Below are positions 1-9,921 of a stretch of DNA of 64,000 bases, piece by piece. Source of the stretch: an uncultured Chloroflexia bacterium (GTDB lineage: Bacteria > Chloroflexota > Limnocylindria > Limnocylindrales > CSP1-4); NCBI GenBank assembly GCA_963748625.1, contig CAVVJT010000003.1, forward strand, positions 160,001 through 224,000, in the 5' to 3' direction. The translations under genes were made by a program, and so were the position numbers. The notes below the pieces were generated by a model. It did not search any database. It was not told the DNA's origin and was given only the letters and a program-made list of their open reading frames with translations. Positions within the stretch are counted from its first letter, which is position 1; every line of letters starts with the position of its first letter.

Positions 1-148
1 CACCCGCCACCAGCGGGAGTCCAACAGTCGGGGACGTGGCCGCGGGAGCCGCGCTGCCTTGCACCGCGGGCGCTGCCGCTCCAACCAAGGCGCCGAAGGC
101 CATCAGCACCACCAGCCGCATCGGCATCGAAGTGCGCCTGGCGTTCAT
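1..148 (-). CDS. 5' part of a probable secreted protein (runs off the window edge)
   Basis: ATG at 148, frame open to the edge; MNARRTSMPMRLVVLMAFGALVGAAAPAVQG resembles a signal peptide. Confidence 0.4.
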   Translation of the reverse strand, partial: MNARRTSMPMRLVVLMAFGALVGAAAPAVQGSAAPAATSPTVGLPLVAG

Positions 149-509
149 CCGCCTGAGTTGCCCAGCGCCGCAGTCACCCCACTCCGTCCCGACTCGCACC
201 ATGACCCCTGCTCCCCTCACTGTGGCGCCACCTCGCCGCGTCAGCACGGGCAGGCACCGCAGGCATCGCGGTCACGTGCGCGGCCGTCCACCGCCAAACC
301 CCCTCGTACACGTCTCCCCCTGCGGGTGCGTTCCCGGCATCGTGCATGCTTGGATCACCGCCCTCCCAGTGCCCAACGGCCTCCCGCAACTGCCTGCTGG
401 TGCTGGTACTGGAAGGACCAGCGATCGCAGAAGATGGAGCGGTCGAGCGCCACCGGGCGGACAACCGCTGGCGCCTGATCGGTCTCGCCACGGTCCGTGG
501 GCGCACCCG

Positions 510-1472
510 CTACGGGACACGGAACGGGAACTCCCACGGGCCCGACAGCCGGACCTGTGTTCCATCCTGCTGATCCCCGACCAATTCGGTGATGACCAGC
601 GTCCACTCGCCCTCAGCCGGATCGGCCCCTTCCACCGTGCCGGCGATGAGGTCTGCATCCTGGCCCGGTGCCCTGGTCTCCCACGCGAAGTCCATGGTCT
701 GCCCGTCGTGCCTGAGGTAGCCGGCCACCCACCAGTCGTCGACGTCGTGCTTCGGCGAGTCGACGTCCAGCCAGGCTCGGGCCATGGTCGGGCTCAGCCA
801 CACCTCGCTGACGCCGATCGAAGTTCCAGCGACATCCTTGACCTGTGCGACGTCGACGACCGTGCCGACGGGCGGCGGAAGCCGGAAGCGGTACGTCCAG
901 GCAGGCCCGTCGCGGCCGGTGGTGACCCGGAGCGTGTAGTCACCCTCGGCCGCGGTCGCCGGGCCGAAGGAATAGACCTCGGCGGTGCCGTTTGCCCCGA
1001 CGATGCCGAAGCCCGGCGTTCCCCCTGGCGGCAGTGATACGCCGGCCGGATCCGTGAGGTCCGCGAACATGTCCACGCCGACTGGACCACGACCGTCGGC
1101 TTGCTCGATAGACAGCGCGATGAAGACCTGGTTGATGTCCGCGTAGCCCCGTTCGAGCGTGATGGCGTAGTCACCGTGGACCTGCCGCTCGTTGAACTCG
1201 ACACCAAGGTCCAGCGCGACCGACGTGCCGGGTGTTGCTGACGCGACGAGCTCGATCAGCCGCACGGCGGCGACCGTTGCCCCGGCCAGGACAACGAGCG
1301 CGGCAGCCACGGCCAGCGCGAGGCGGAGGCCACGCCACCGGTGGCGTGACGGCGGGGCAGCCGCCCCCGTGGTCAGGGCCGCGACCCGGCGATCGGCAGC
1401 CTCGAAGCCATCTGCCGGCAGCACCGCGTAGGCCGCCGCGAGCCGATCCTCGAGCGCTCTTGCATCAATCAT
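510..1472 (-). CDS. Putative membrane-anchored anti-sigma factor (DUF4179-like extracytoplasmic domain)
   Basis: Start overlaps ECF sigma stop (ATGA); short N-terminus, one TM helix (LALAVAAALVVLAGATVAAV), beta-rich C-terminal region. Confidence 0.65.
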   Translation of the reverse strand: MIDARALEDRLAAAYAVLPADGFEAADRRVAALTTGAAAPPSRHRWRGLRLALAVAAALVVLAGATVAAVRLIELVASATPGTSVALDLGVEFNERQVHGDYAITLERGYADINQVFIALSIEQADGRGPVGVDMFADLTDPAGVSLPPGGTPGFGIVGANGTAEVYSFGPATAAEGDYTLRVTTGRDGPAWTYRFRLPPPVGTVVDVAQVKDVAGTSIGVSEVWLSPTMARAWLDVDSPKHDVDDWWVAGYLRHDGQTMDFAWETRAPGQDADLIAGTVEGADPAEGEWTLVITELVGDQQDGTQVRLSGPWEFPFRVP

Positions 1473-2002
1473 TCGAGCGCCTCCCGGAGGGCCTCGAGTC
1501 CACGCTGGATCTGCTTCTGGACCGCCGCCTCGGACTTGCCCAGGACGTGGCCGATCTCCCTGGCGTTGAGCCCGCCCGCATAGCGCAGCCAGATCGCGTC
1601 GCGCTGCACCTCGGGCAGGCCTGCAACCGCGTCGCGCACCTCCTCGTGCGCATGCTGTGCACGGTCGGCTGCGGCTTGCCGGGGATCCTCGTGGTCGACC
1701 AACGACAACTCGGGCCGGCGGCGGCGATGGGCGTCGATGGCGGCGTTGCGAGCGATCCGCAGCAGCCAGGCCCCGAGACCGCCGTCACGTGGCCGAAACG
1801 TGTGGCGATTGGCGAATGCCCGCTCGAAGGTGACGGCCGTGAGGTCCAGCGCGTCCTCGTCGGTGGCACCGCGCGCCCGCAGGTAGCGGTAGACCGACAG
1901 CCGGAAGCGCACATAGGCCTCGGCGAACACCGCCGGGTCGCTGATGCCGGTACCGAGCGCGTCGGCATCCACTGCATCATCGACGACCGTCGCTGTGTCC
2001 AC
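1469..2002 (-). CDS. ECF sigma-70 family RNA polymerase sigma factor
   Basis: Region 2 (DALDLTAVTFERAF...AWLLRIARNAAID) and region 4 (LPEVQRDAIWLRY...EIGHVLGKSEAAV); GGAGG before GTG at 2002. Confidence 0.9.
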   Translation of the reverse strand: MDTATVVDDAVDADALGTGISDPAVFAEAYVRFRLSVYRYLRARGATDEDALDLTAVTFERAFANRHTFRPRDGGLGAWLLRIARNAAIDAHRRRRPELSLVDHEDPRQAAADRAQHAHEEVRDAVAGLPEVQRDAIWLRYAGGLNAREIGHVLGKSEAAVQKQIQRGLEALREALE

Positions 2003-2229
2003 CCCACCTCCATGCGCTGCAAAGCGTCTCACACGGACAACGCAGCCCGCCGGCGGAATCGGACAAGCTGCCGGACGCACGCATGTGCGAACCTGGCGCA
2101 CGGTTGCGGCCGAACCCCGAGCGGCTGTACGCGAACAGGCGTGGCGCGTCGCCAGGCCCCTCGACCGCGCAGTTGCGGGGCAGGTCCGCCACGTCGCCGG
2201 GCTTCAGGTGGTCGTGCGACCGCCCGTCG

Positions 2230-2658
2230 TCAACCCTGCTCCGATGCCAGGAGAGCCCCGGCTCGCTCGGCGATGGCGAGCAGGGTCCCGCGCTCATACG
2301 CGGCGGCAATCTCACCGTCGCTGAAGCGCTCGCCGCGGAGAATCGTGGTGAGCAGGTAGACAAGGTCTTCCTGGGTCGCGCCGGCGATCTCCGCCGGGTC
2401 GGCGATGAGCCGCTGCCCCTCCGGCGTGCGCGACCACTGCATCCAGTCGACCGGCCGGACGAGCTCGGCCTGGTACATCTCGGTGACGAATCGATTGATC
2501 TCGTCGGAGTACTCGAACCACGACAGGTGGATCACGCCGGCGGCGTCCGTCTCGCCACCCTCCCAATGCCCGATCGATCCGCGTCGGGCGAACGTGTCGG
2601 CCCAGCCCGCAAGGATGCGCAGGCTGGCAGGTGAGATCTCCACTGGTCCGTCGTGCAT
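2230..2658 (-). CDS. DUF6508-like protein
   Basis: LLTTILRGERFSDGEIAAAYERGTLLAIAER pattern. Confidence 0.65.
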   Translation of the reverse strand: MHDGPVEISPASLRILAGWADTFARRGSIGHWEGGETDAAGVIHLSWFEYSDEINRFVTEMYQAELVRPVDWMQWSRTPEGQRLIADPAEIAGATQEDLVYLLTTILRGERFSDGEIAAAYERGTLLAIAERAGALLASEQG

Positions 2659-2756
2659 GGCTGCCTCGAATCTCCCCGTGCTCAGCTGCCCCCGGATCTC
2701 GCAGGAACAGGTCGCCACATGCTTACCGACCCGGGGCCACACGATATCCTCCCGGC

Positions 2757-3020
2757 ATGGCCGACCTCGTGATCCGCGACTGGGCAGCGCGCCTGCTCGG
2801 TCACCGCCCCGCCGACCTGGACCTCGCCGGCATCGACCACCGCGACGACGGGTTCACCGCGCGCTTCACCGTGGCCGGCGAGGCCGACGGGGTGCGCGTG
2901 GACTGCACGCAGGCTCCCGACGGCAGCTGGCGCATCCACGCCGCCCTGGACAACGAGCACCGGACGAACCTGGCCAGGACCATCGCCTACGGCGACATCG
3001 TGGTGGCACCTCCCCGCTGA
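2757..3020 (+). CDS. Hypothetical protein (87 aa)
   Basis: GC-rich third positions; TATCCT 6 nt before ATG (leaderless-type start). Confidence 0.55.
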   Translation: MADLVIRDWAARLLGHRPADLDLAGIDHRDDGFTARFTVAGEADGVRVDCTQAPDGSWRIHAALDNEHRTNLARTIAYGDIVVAPPR

Positions 3021-3067
3021 CGCGAGGCGCGACGCCGCGCCGGGTCCGTCTGGTAGCGTCGGACGTG

Positions 3068-4384
3068 ATGCGCCAGCGCGAGCCCGCCCCCTCCTACAGC
3101 GACCTGTTCAAGATCCCGGGCCTGACCCGGATCCTGATCGGGATGGCGATCTCGCGGATCGGCGGGAGCATGCTGGGCGTGGCGATTGTGCTGTTCGCCC
3201 TCGACCTGTTCGAGTCCCCGGCGATCGCTGGGGCCGTGACGTTCGCCTCGGTCGCGCCCGGCCTGTTCGTGAGTCCCATCGTGGGCGCACTCCTCGACCG
3301 GCACGGCCGGACGCGCCTGATCATCCTGGACCAGCTCGTGGGCGCAGTGGCACTGCTGCTGATCGCCTGGCTCGCGGTGGCCGGGAGCCTGACCCCGGTG
3401 GGGATGGTGCTGATCACGGCGGTCGCCGGGCTCACCGCGCCGCTGTCGGCGGTCGGGCTGCGCACGCTCTTCCCGATCCTGGTGCCCAAGCCGCTCTGGG
3501 AGCGGGTGAACGCGGTGGACTCCAACGGCTACGTCGTGGCGACGCTCGTGGGGCCGCCGCTGGCCGGCGTGCTCTTCCAGGTCGTCGGCGGCGCGGCGAC
3601 GATGACGGTGATCGCGGTCCTGTACGGGGTGTCGGCCATCGTGTTCATCGGGGTACCCGATCCGCGCACCCAGGTCGTGAGCACGGGGCGGCTCCTCGTG
3701 GACTCCTGGCGGGGGCTCGTCTACACGCTGAAGAACCCCACGCTGCGCGGCCTTGGGGTGTCGCTCTCGGTGCTCAACCTCGGCTGGGGGATCGTGACGA
3801 TCCTGCTGCCGGTGCTGCTGCTGGACCAGCTGGGCTACGGCCCGGCGGTGGTGGGCGCGGTCTGGGCGGTGTCGGGGATCACGGGCGGCATCGGGGCGCT
3901 GGTGGCGGGCCGCTGGCGCATCTTCGGGCGGGAGCGGGCGATGCTCGTCTGGACGATGGCAGGCATGGCGCTCTGCCTCGTCGGGTTCCTCGTCTCCCCC
4001 ACCCTGCCGGTGATCGTGGTGGTGATGGCGATCGCGGGCTTTCTCAACGGGCCGATGGACGTGGCGCTGTTCACCCTCCGTCAGCGTCGGACCGACCCGG
4101 CCTGGATGGGCCGTGCGTTCGCGGTGTCGATGTCGATCAACTTCATGGGCTACCCGTTCGGCGCGGCGCTTGGCGGTGCGCTGGTGACCGTCGGGATCCC
4201 GATCACGATCGCGACCGCGGCGGCGCTCACGGGGCTTGCGGCGGTCCTGGGCGCCGTGATGCTGCCGGGCGGAAGCGCGTCGAAGGGGACGCCGGACGCC
4301 GCGCCAGCACCGGACCTAGCGGGCGGTGATACCGGTGAAGGTGCCGCCCTCGTCGCGGACCATGCGCCGGACCTCCATGACTGA
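3068..4384 (+). CDS. MFS transporter
   Basis: About 12 hydrophobic segments; motif A GALLDRHGRTR. Confidence 0.9.
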   Translation: MRQREPAPSYSDLFKIPGLTRILIGMAISRIGGSMLGVAIVLFALDLFESPAIAGAVTFASVAPGLFVSPIVGALLDRHGRTRLIILDQLVGAVALLLIAWLAVAGSLTPVGMVLITAVAGLTAPLSAVGLRTLFPILVPKPLWERVNAVDSNGYVVATLVGPPLAGVLFQVVGGAATMTVIAVLYGVSAIVFIGVPDPRTQVVSTGRLLVDSWRGLVYTLKNPTLRGLGVSLSVLNLGWGIVTILLPVLLLDQLGYGPAVVGAVWAVSGITGGIGALVAGRWRIFGRERAMLVWTMAGMALCLVGFLVSPTLPVIVVVMAIAGFLNGPMDVALFTLRQRRTDPAWMGRAFAVSMSINFMGYPFGAALGGALVTVGIPITIATAAALTGLAAVLGAVMLPGGSASKGTPDAAPAPDLAGGDTGEGAALVADHAPDLHD

Positions 4385-4657
4385 TGACGGATCCACCGGC
4401 CCGTAGATGTGCGGGTACGGGCTGCCAGGCTCGTCGAAGCGCCATGGGCTGCCCGTCTGCTCGAGATCCAGCGTTAGCAGCAGGAACGGGCGCGGATCGC
4501 CGCGGTAGAACCGGTTGGCGACCACGACCATCTCGGCGTCCCCGTCCGTGCAGTGGATGAACCCGTCCTCTTCGTAGGCGGCCGGCAGATACGGCGCGGC
4601 CGGATCGCGCGCGTCCCACGTCGCCTCAGGCACGAGGTGGAGCGTGGGCCGTGTCAC
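4316..4657 (-). CDS. DUF952 family protein
   Basis: DGFIHCT and PHIYGP motifs. Confidence 0.85.
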   Translation of the reverse strand: MTRPTLHLVPEATWDARDPAAPYLPAAYEEDGFIHCTDGDAEMVVVANRFYRGDPRPFLLLTLDLEQTGSPWRFDEPGSPYPHIYGPVDPSSVMEVRRMVRDEGGTFTGITAR

Positions 4658-6771
4658 GCGTCGGCAGCCACGGCGGGAAGGTCCACGCTCATCCAGCGCC
4701 GGTCGAGCGCCACCTGGATCACCGTTGACGCCGAGGCGGCGAGCGCCGTCCGCAGCGCCGCCTCGAAGGTTGCGTCGCTGTCCACCCGCACGCCGCGGGC
4801 ACCGCAGGCACGGGCGGCAGCGGCGAAGTCCACCGGGCCCAGGTCCGTTCCCGGCGCCGTGGGACTGCCCATGCGGTCCTGGTAGCCGCGGATCATGCCG
4901 TAGCGCTCGTTGTCGAACACGATCGCCACGACGTGCGCCCCCTCACGCACGGCCGTCTCCAGCTCGGCGAGCGTCATGCCCATCCCGCCATCGCCCACGA
5001 GGGCGACCACGCGCCGCTCGCGATGGACGAGGGCTGCCGCGAGTGCAGCCGGGAACCCATAGCCCATGGCGCCCGAGGTGGGGCCAAGGAACGTGCCCGG
5101 ACGCTTGAACCGGAAGCCGCGCGCGGCCCAGCCAGCGAACGAACCGGCGTCGGTGGTGAGAATGGCGTCATCGGGAAGCAGGCGCCGCAGGACCGCGACG
5201 ATGCGGCCCGGGTGCACGCCCGGACCGGTCCAGGCGCCGGCGTCCACCACGGTCGCCGCCTCCCAGGCTGCCCGGTCCACGGCATTGTGCGCATCGCGAG
5301 CGGCAAGCGGCTCCGCGAGCAGCACGCCGTCCTTCAGGCGTGCGACGGCCGCCCGCAGGAACGCGCGGGCATCGGCGCGGATCGCGCGTTCGGGCGCCTC
5401 GGCGAAGCCCACCGGCCCCGTCCGCGGCTCCAGGTCCACGTGCATCCAGCGCTGGCCCATGGACGGGATCCGATACTCGAAGCTCGTGGGCTCGTTGAGC
5501 CGGGAACCGACGACCAGCAGCGCATCCGCCGCCTCGAGGCGCTCGCGGACGACCCGCGGGCTGCCGAAGCCCGTCATGCCCAAATACAGCGGGTGATCGT
5601 TGGGGATCACGTCGCCGCGCCGCCAGGAGGCGATCACAGGGACGTGGAGCAGCTCCGCGAGCCGCACGAGGTCGTTGGAGCACCGGGCACGCAGGACACC
5701 GGCTCCCGCGAGGATCACCGGGCGCTCCGCGCCGGCCAGGAAGTGCAGGGCGGCGCGGATGTCCGCGGCCGTCGGCGTCTCCGGATGCGGACGCACCACC
5801 GGTGCCTTCGTCCCCTCCGGGATGGCCAGGTCCAGGACATCCTCGGGCAGGGCGAGGAACGCCGGACCCGGGCGGCCCTCCACTGTGGCCCTGACCGCGG
5901 CCTCCAGCGTGGCGGCGGCAGTAGCCGGGTCGTCGATCCGGCCCGCCCACTTGGCGAGGCCGCCGACGGTGCCGACCAGGTCCACCTCCTGGAATGCCTC
6001 CCGACCGGCCAGTCCGCGGGCGACGTCGCCCACGAGGACGAACATGGAGGTGGAGTCGGCGGTGGCGGTGTGGATACCGATGGACAGGTTGGCCGCGCCC
6101 ACGGCGCGGGTGCCGAGGCAGGCGGCCGGACGGCCGGTGAGCTGGCCGTAGGCCTCGGCGGCGAAGGCGGCGGCACCCTCGTGGCGGGTGGGCACGATGC
6201 GGATCCCCGCAGCGACGAGCGCATCGAGGACGGGCAGGAAGCTCTCCCCGGGGACCGTGAAGGCCATGCGGACGCCGGCGGCGCGCAGGGTGGCTGCGAC
6301 CAGCTCGGCTACCGTGGCCGGCTCGGCCTGCGGGCCGGCGGCGTCATCGGCGTCGTGGTGGGGCTCGCCGTTGTGGTCGGCGGCTGGCGCAGCGGGTTCG
6401 GGTTCGTGCTCGACGTCACCGGCGGCCGGGGCATCGACGATCTCGGCCTCGACCACGGGCGCGGGTGCCTCGGACGCGGCCACGGGCTCAGGCTCGGCGA
6501 CCGGCTCGGGCGCCTGCGCGGGCTCGGGCTCCGGCTCGACAGCGGGCTCGGACTCCGGCTCGACAGCGGGCTCGGGCTCCGGCTCGACAGCGGGCTCGGG
6601 CTCCGGCTCGACAGCGGGCTCGGGCTCCGGCTCGACAGCGGGCTCGGACTCCGGCTCGACAGCGGGCTCGGGCTCGGGTGCCTCCACCTCGGCAGTCGGC
6701 TCCACCTCGGGAGACGGATCTGCGCCGACCTCGGCGACCTGCTCGACCGGCTCGTCCTGCTGCGGGTGCAT
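4654..6771 (-). CDS. Thiamine pyrophosphate-dependent enzyme (acetolactate synthase large-subunit-like) with long acidic N-terminal extension
   Basis: [34 protein letters not shown]...N TPP motif; GAGGAGG SD before ATG 6771. Confidence 0.85.
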   Translation of the reverse strand: MHPQQDEPVEQVAEVGADPSPEVEPTAEVEAPEPEPAVEPESEPAVEPEPEPAVEPEPEPAVEPEPEPAVEPESEPAVEPEPEPAQAPEPVAEPEPVAASEAPAPVVEAEIVDAPAAGDVEHEPEPAAPAADHNGEPHHDADDAAGPQAEPATVAELVAATLRAAGVRMAFTVPGESFLPVLDALVAAGIRIVPTRHEGAAAFAAEAYGQLTGRPAACLGTRAVGAANLSIGIHTATADSTSMFVLVGDVARGLAGREAFQEVDLVGTVGGLAKWAGRIDDPATAAATLEAAVRATVEGRPGPAFLALPEDVLDLAIPEGTKAPVVRPHPETPTAADIRAALHFLAGAERPVILAGAGVLRARCSNDLVRLAELLHVPVIASWRRGDVIPNDHPLYLGMTGFGSPRVVRERLEAADALLVVGSRLNEPTSFEYRIPSMGQRWMHVDLEPRTGPVGFAEAPERAIRADARAFLRAAVARLKDGVLLAEPLAARDAHNAVDRAAWEAATVVDAGAWTGPGVHPGRIVAVLRRLLPDDAILTTDAGSFAGWAARGFRFKRPGTFLGPTSGAMGYGFPAALAAALVHRERRVVALVGDGGMGMTLAELETAVREGAHVVAIVFDNERYGMIRGYQDRMGSPTAPGTDLGPVDFAAAARACGARGVRVDSDATFEAALRTALAASASTVIQVALDRRWMSVDLPAVAADA
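6521..6677. repeat. 24-bp coding tandem repeat, about 6.5 copies ([16 protein letters not shown])
   Basis: Unit ggctcgg(g/a)ctccggctcgacagcg read directly. Confidence 0.95.
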
Positions 6772-6852
6772 CGACGACCTCCTCGTGCCGGCCGGGACGG
6801 CGGTCCGCCCGGGGCCGGTGTCTGCGGATGGGGGCTGGGTCTGCTGCGGAGT

Positions 6853-6963
6853 CTACGTGGCCGGGCCGACCATCGCGGTCGCCATCGTGCCGAACAGCAA
6901 GGCCGCGACCACGACGATCGCGACGAGGATCATGATCTTGCGAGCCGCGCCTGCGCCGGGCAT
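6853..6963 (-). CDS. Small single-pass membrane peptide (36 aa, MPGAGAARKIMILVAIVVVAALLFGTMATAMVGPAT)
   Basis: AGGAGG SD overlapping the yajQ stop; one hydrophobic helix; too short for the supplied ORF track. Confidence 0.65.
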   Translation of the reverse strand: MPGAGAARKIMILVAIVVVAALLFGTMATAMVGPAT

Positions 6964-6972
6964 CGTGGCCTC

Positions 6973-7464
6973 CTACCGGTAGTTTTCGAACTGGAGCGGC
7001 ACGACCTCGTCGAGCTCGCGCAGCCAGGCGATCACCCGCTGCAGCTCATCCTTGGACTTGCCGACGACACGGATCGCGTCGCCCTGGATACGCGGCTGGA
7101 TCTTCGGGAACTCGTCACGGATCTGCTTGACGAGCTTCCGTGCGAGGTCGTCCGGGAGGCCGCGCCGCAGCGTGATCTCCTGGCGCACCTTGTTGCCGCC
7201 GGACGGGACCACGTCGCCCCAGTCGAAGATCTTGAGCGAGAGGTTGCGCCGCACGGCCTTCGACTCGAGCAGGTCGCGGATCGCGCGCGCCCGCATGTCA
7301 CTGTCGGTGACCAGGACGATGCGGTCCTTCTCCTGGGTCAGCTCCACGTGCGCGCCCTTGAAGTCGTAGCGCTGCTGCACCTCGCGCCTCACCTGGTCCA
7401 GCGCGTTGCGGAGCTCCTGCTCATCGAAGTCCGACACGACGTCGAACGAGACCTCGCCCGCCAT
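6973..7464 (-). CDS. yajQ: YajQ family nucleotide/c-di-GMP-binding protein
   Basis: SFDVVS...RYDFKG...IQGDAIRVVGKSKDELQ...LQFENYR. Confidence 0.95.
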   Translation of the reverse strand: MAGEVSFDVVSDFDEQELRNALDQVRREVQQRYDFKGAHVELTQEKDRIVLVTDSDMRARAIRDLLESKAVRRNLSLKIFDWGDVVPSGGNKVRQEITLRRGLPDDLARKLVKQIRDEFPKIQPRIQGDAIRVVGKSKDELQRVIAWLRELDEVVPLQFENYR

Positions 7465-7476
7465 CGACCCTCCTTG

Positions 7477-7863
7477 TCAGCCCGCGAGGTGCTCGCGGGA
7501 CACCGTCCACAGCTTCAGGCGCTCGATGCGCCCGTCCTCCCCCATCTCGGCGGAGAGGAACCCTGCCTGCCGGACCTTCGCCTCGTCGGCGTTCCTGGTC
7601 CAGCTGGCGTGCCATGCGGCCAGCACGGTCGAGCCGGACACCCAGTGCCGCTCGATCGCGAGGTCGAACCATCGTTCGGCCTCCGCCGCGTCGTTCAAGT
7701 ATGCGCGGAGGGCATTGTGCCCGACCAGCGGCGCCTCGAACGGGTCGATCACCACGTCGCAGGTCTCGGTGAACTGGTCCACCAGGGCATCGCCCAGGTA
7801 CTGCATGCGTGCCTCGACGAGGCGGCCGAGCAGGTCGTGTGCCTCGGCATAGGTGATGTTCAC
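7477..7863 (-). CDS. NTF2/SnoaL-like domain protein
   Basis: 128 aa; DPFEAPLVGHNALRAY and DGRIERLKLW pattern; GTGA coupling to murC. Confidence 0.7.
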   Translation of the reverse strand: MNITYAEAHDLLGRLVEARMQYLGDALVDQFTETCDVVIDPFEAPLVGHNALRAYLNDAAEAERWFDLAIERHWVSGSTVLAAWHASWTRNADEAKVRQAGFLSAEMGEDGRIERLKLWTVSREHLAG

Positions 7864-9386
7864 GTCGCCTCCAGCTGCTCGAGGAGGAGCTCACCGATCC
7901 GGTATGAACGGCCGCCACCCATCACGAGGACGACGTCGCCCGGCTCGACATGGACCGCCAGCCACGCGGCAGTGGCCTCGACCGACCCCGGGGCGACCGA
8001 CGTGATCGACGGGTTGCGCGTGGCAACGGCGGCGGCAAGCCCGGCTGCGCTGGCGATGGTCGTGTCGGGGTCCCGCCCGGCCCAGATGTCGGCGATGGCG
8101 ACGGCGTCGGCACCGGCGAGCACCGCGGCGAAGTCCTGGAGCAGGGCAGCCGTGCGGTGGAAGGTGAGCGGCTCGTACACGGCCCAGGTCCGCCGGCCCG
8201 GCTCCCGCTGGCGGACGGCGGCAAGCGTCTCGCGGATGGCCGTGGGATGGTGGCCGTAGTCGTCGTAGACCACGACGCCCTTCGCCTCGCCCTTGCGCTC
8301 CAGGCGGCGCCCGACGCCGGGGAACGTTGCGAGCGCCGGCAGCGCGACCTCGGGCGGGAAGCCGGCCGCGAAGCACGCCCCGATGACGCCCAGGGCGTTC
8401 GAGGCATTGTGGCGGCCCGCCGTCGGCAGCCTGACTCCATAGGCGCTGCCGTCGGCGAAGGTGACCGTGAGCGCGGTCCCGTCGGGCTCGGCAGCCACGA
8501 TGTGGCCCTCGATCTCGGCCTCGCCGGGCCGCTCCGGGTCCACGGCGGTGCGAACGACGAGGCCGCCCCAGCCGCCCGCCAGCAGCCGCTCCACGAGCAG
8601 GGCGACGCCGGTATCGCCCGTGTTCGCCACGAGCACCACCGGGATGGCATCGTCGGGGCGGTCCCGGGCAGCGCGCAGGATCCACTGCTCGAACGCCACG
8701 ATGACGGCCTCCCGGTCGGCGAAGACATCGGGATGGTCCCACTCCGCCGAGGTGAGGACGATCACGTCCGGCCGGTACGGGTCGAAGTTGCCGGCGTACT
8801 CGTCCGCCTCAACCACGAACGGGACGCCCGCGCCACGCCGGCCCGTCGCCGCCACGCCGATGCCCGTGATGGCCGCCGGCAGCAGTGCCCCGACGAACGC
8901 GCCGGGATCGCCCCCGGCACCCACGAGCGTGTGCACCAGCCAGCCGGACGTCGTGCTCTTGCCGTGCGTCCCGGCCACCGCGATGAGCAGGCGCCCGTGG
9001 GCCGCGTCCGCCACCACCTGCTGCCAGGGCTCCAGGGGGATGCCTGCGGCACGGGCGGCGGCCAACTCGGGGTTGTCGGGATCGATGGCCGTCAGCGCCT
9101 TGGTGACCGCCAGGCGGGCGGGCGGTCGGTTGCCCGCGACGTGCGCGGCGTCATGGTGGTCCGCCACCCGCACCCCCACCGCCTCGAGCGCCGGCGTGTA
9201 CTGCGACGGACCCCCCGGATCGCATCCGTCAACGTCGGCACCTGCCCACGCGGCGAGCAGCGCGGCCGCCGACGCACCGGCCCCCTGGGCACCCAGGACG
9301 TGGATCCGCTCGCCGGGCGTGATCGGCCGGGAGGGCCGGGCCGGGGCGAGTCCCGCGCCGATCTCCGCCGCCCCTCGGACGGTCAT
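7860..9386 (-). CDS. murC: UDP-N-acetylmuramate--L-alanine ligase (MurC/Mpl family)
   Basis: AVAGTHGKSTT P-loop, VEADEY, DHPD, GVGRRLE, DDYGHHPT, VLVMGGG. Confidence 0.8.
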   Translation of the reverse strand: MTVRGAAEIGAGLAPARPSRPITPGERIHVLGAQGAGASAAALLAAWAGADVDGCDPGGPSQYTPALEAVGVRVADHHDAAHVAGNRPPARLAVTKALTAIDPDNPELAAARAAGIPLEPWQQVVADAAHGRLLIAVAGTHGKSTTSGWLVHTLVGAGGDPGAFVGALLPAAITGIGVAATGRRGAGVPFVVEADEYAGNFDPYRPDVIVLTSAEWDHPDVFADREAVIVAFEQWILRAARDRPDDAIPVVLVANTGDTGVALLVERLLAGGWGGLVVRTAVDPERPGEAEIEGHIVAAEPDGTALTVTFADGSAYGVRLPTAGRHNASNALGVIGACFAAGFPPEVALPALATFPGVGRRLERKGEAKGVVVYDDYGHHPTAIRETLAAVRQREPGRRTWAVYEPLTFHRTAALLQDFAAVLAGADAVAIADIWAGRDPDTTIASAAGLAAAVATRNPSITSVAPGSVEATAAWLAVHVEPGDVVLVMGGGRSYRIGELLLEQLEAT

Positions 9387-9428
9387 GCGCCGGCTCCGTG
9401 GAGACTCACGCGCCGGACCCTCGATGGC

Positions 9429-9920
9429 TCACGCGCCGCCCGCCTGCTCGAGCAGCAGCCGCAGGGCCGCCTCCGCGCTGTCGGTCTTGTTCGTCGCGCG
9501 ATCGCCCGGCCAGTGGTAGCGGCGGACCACGGGCTCACGACCCCCACCCGCAACCGCGACGTACACCAGCCCGACCGGCTTCTCCTCGGTCCCGCCGTCC
9601 GGGCCGGCCACGCCGGTCACCCCGACGCCGAGGTCCGTCCCCAGACGCGAGCGGGCGCCTTCCGCCATCGCGAGGGCCACCTGGGCGGAGACGGCGCCAT
9701 GCGCGGCCAGCACCTCCGCCGGGACGTCGAGCAGCGAAGCCTTCACGTCGTTGGCATAGGCCACGATCCCACCCCGCAGGTACGCGGATGACCCGGGGAT
9801 CTCGGTGATCACGTGGGCGACCAGACCGCCCGTGCAGGACTCAGCGGTCGCCACGGTCAGGCCGCGCTCGAGGCAGACCGCCTGCAGGCGGCGGGCGAGC
9901 TCCACCAGGGCATCGGCCAT
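9429..9920 (-). CDS. CinA C-terminal domain protein (PncC, NMN deamidase)
   Basis: [36 protein letters not shown]. Confidence 0.9.
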   Translation of the reverse strand: MADALVELARRLQAVCLERGLTVATAESCTGGLVAHVITEIPGSSAYLRGGIVAYANDVKASLLDVPAEVLAAHGAVSAQVALAMAEGARSRLGTDLGVGVTGVAGPDGGTEEKPVGLVYVAVAGGGREPVVRRYHWPGDRATNKTDSAEAALRLLLEQAGGA

Positions 9921-9921
9921 G

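Noticed and set aside
174-606. Small ORFs between the anti-sigma gene and the edge gene
   Set aside because: No SD, recognisable motif or consistent codon bias
4933-8259. 1108-aa plus-strand ORF and similar giants (22184-25327, 58231-61152, 58334-61618)
   Set aside because: Antisense shadows of well-supported minus-strand genes, expected at high GC; no protein motifs
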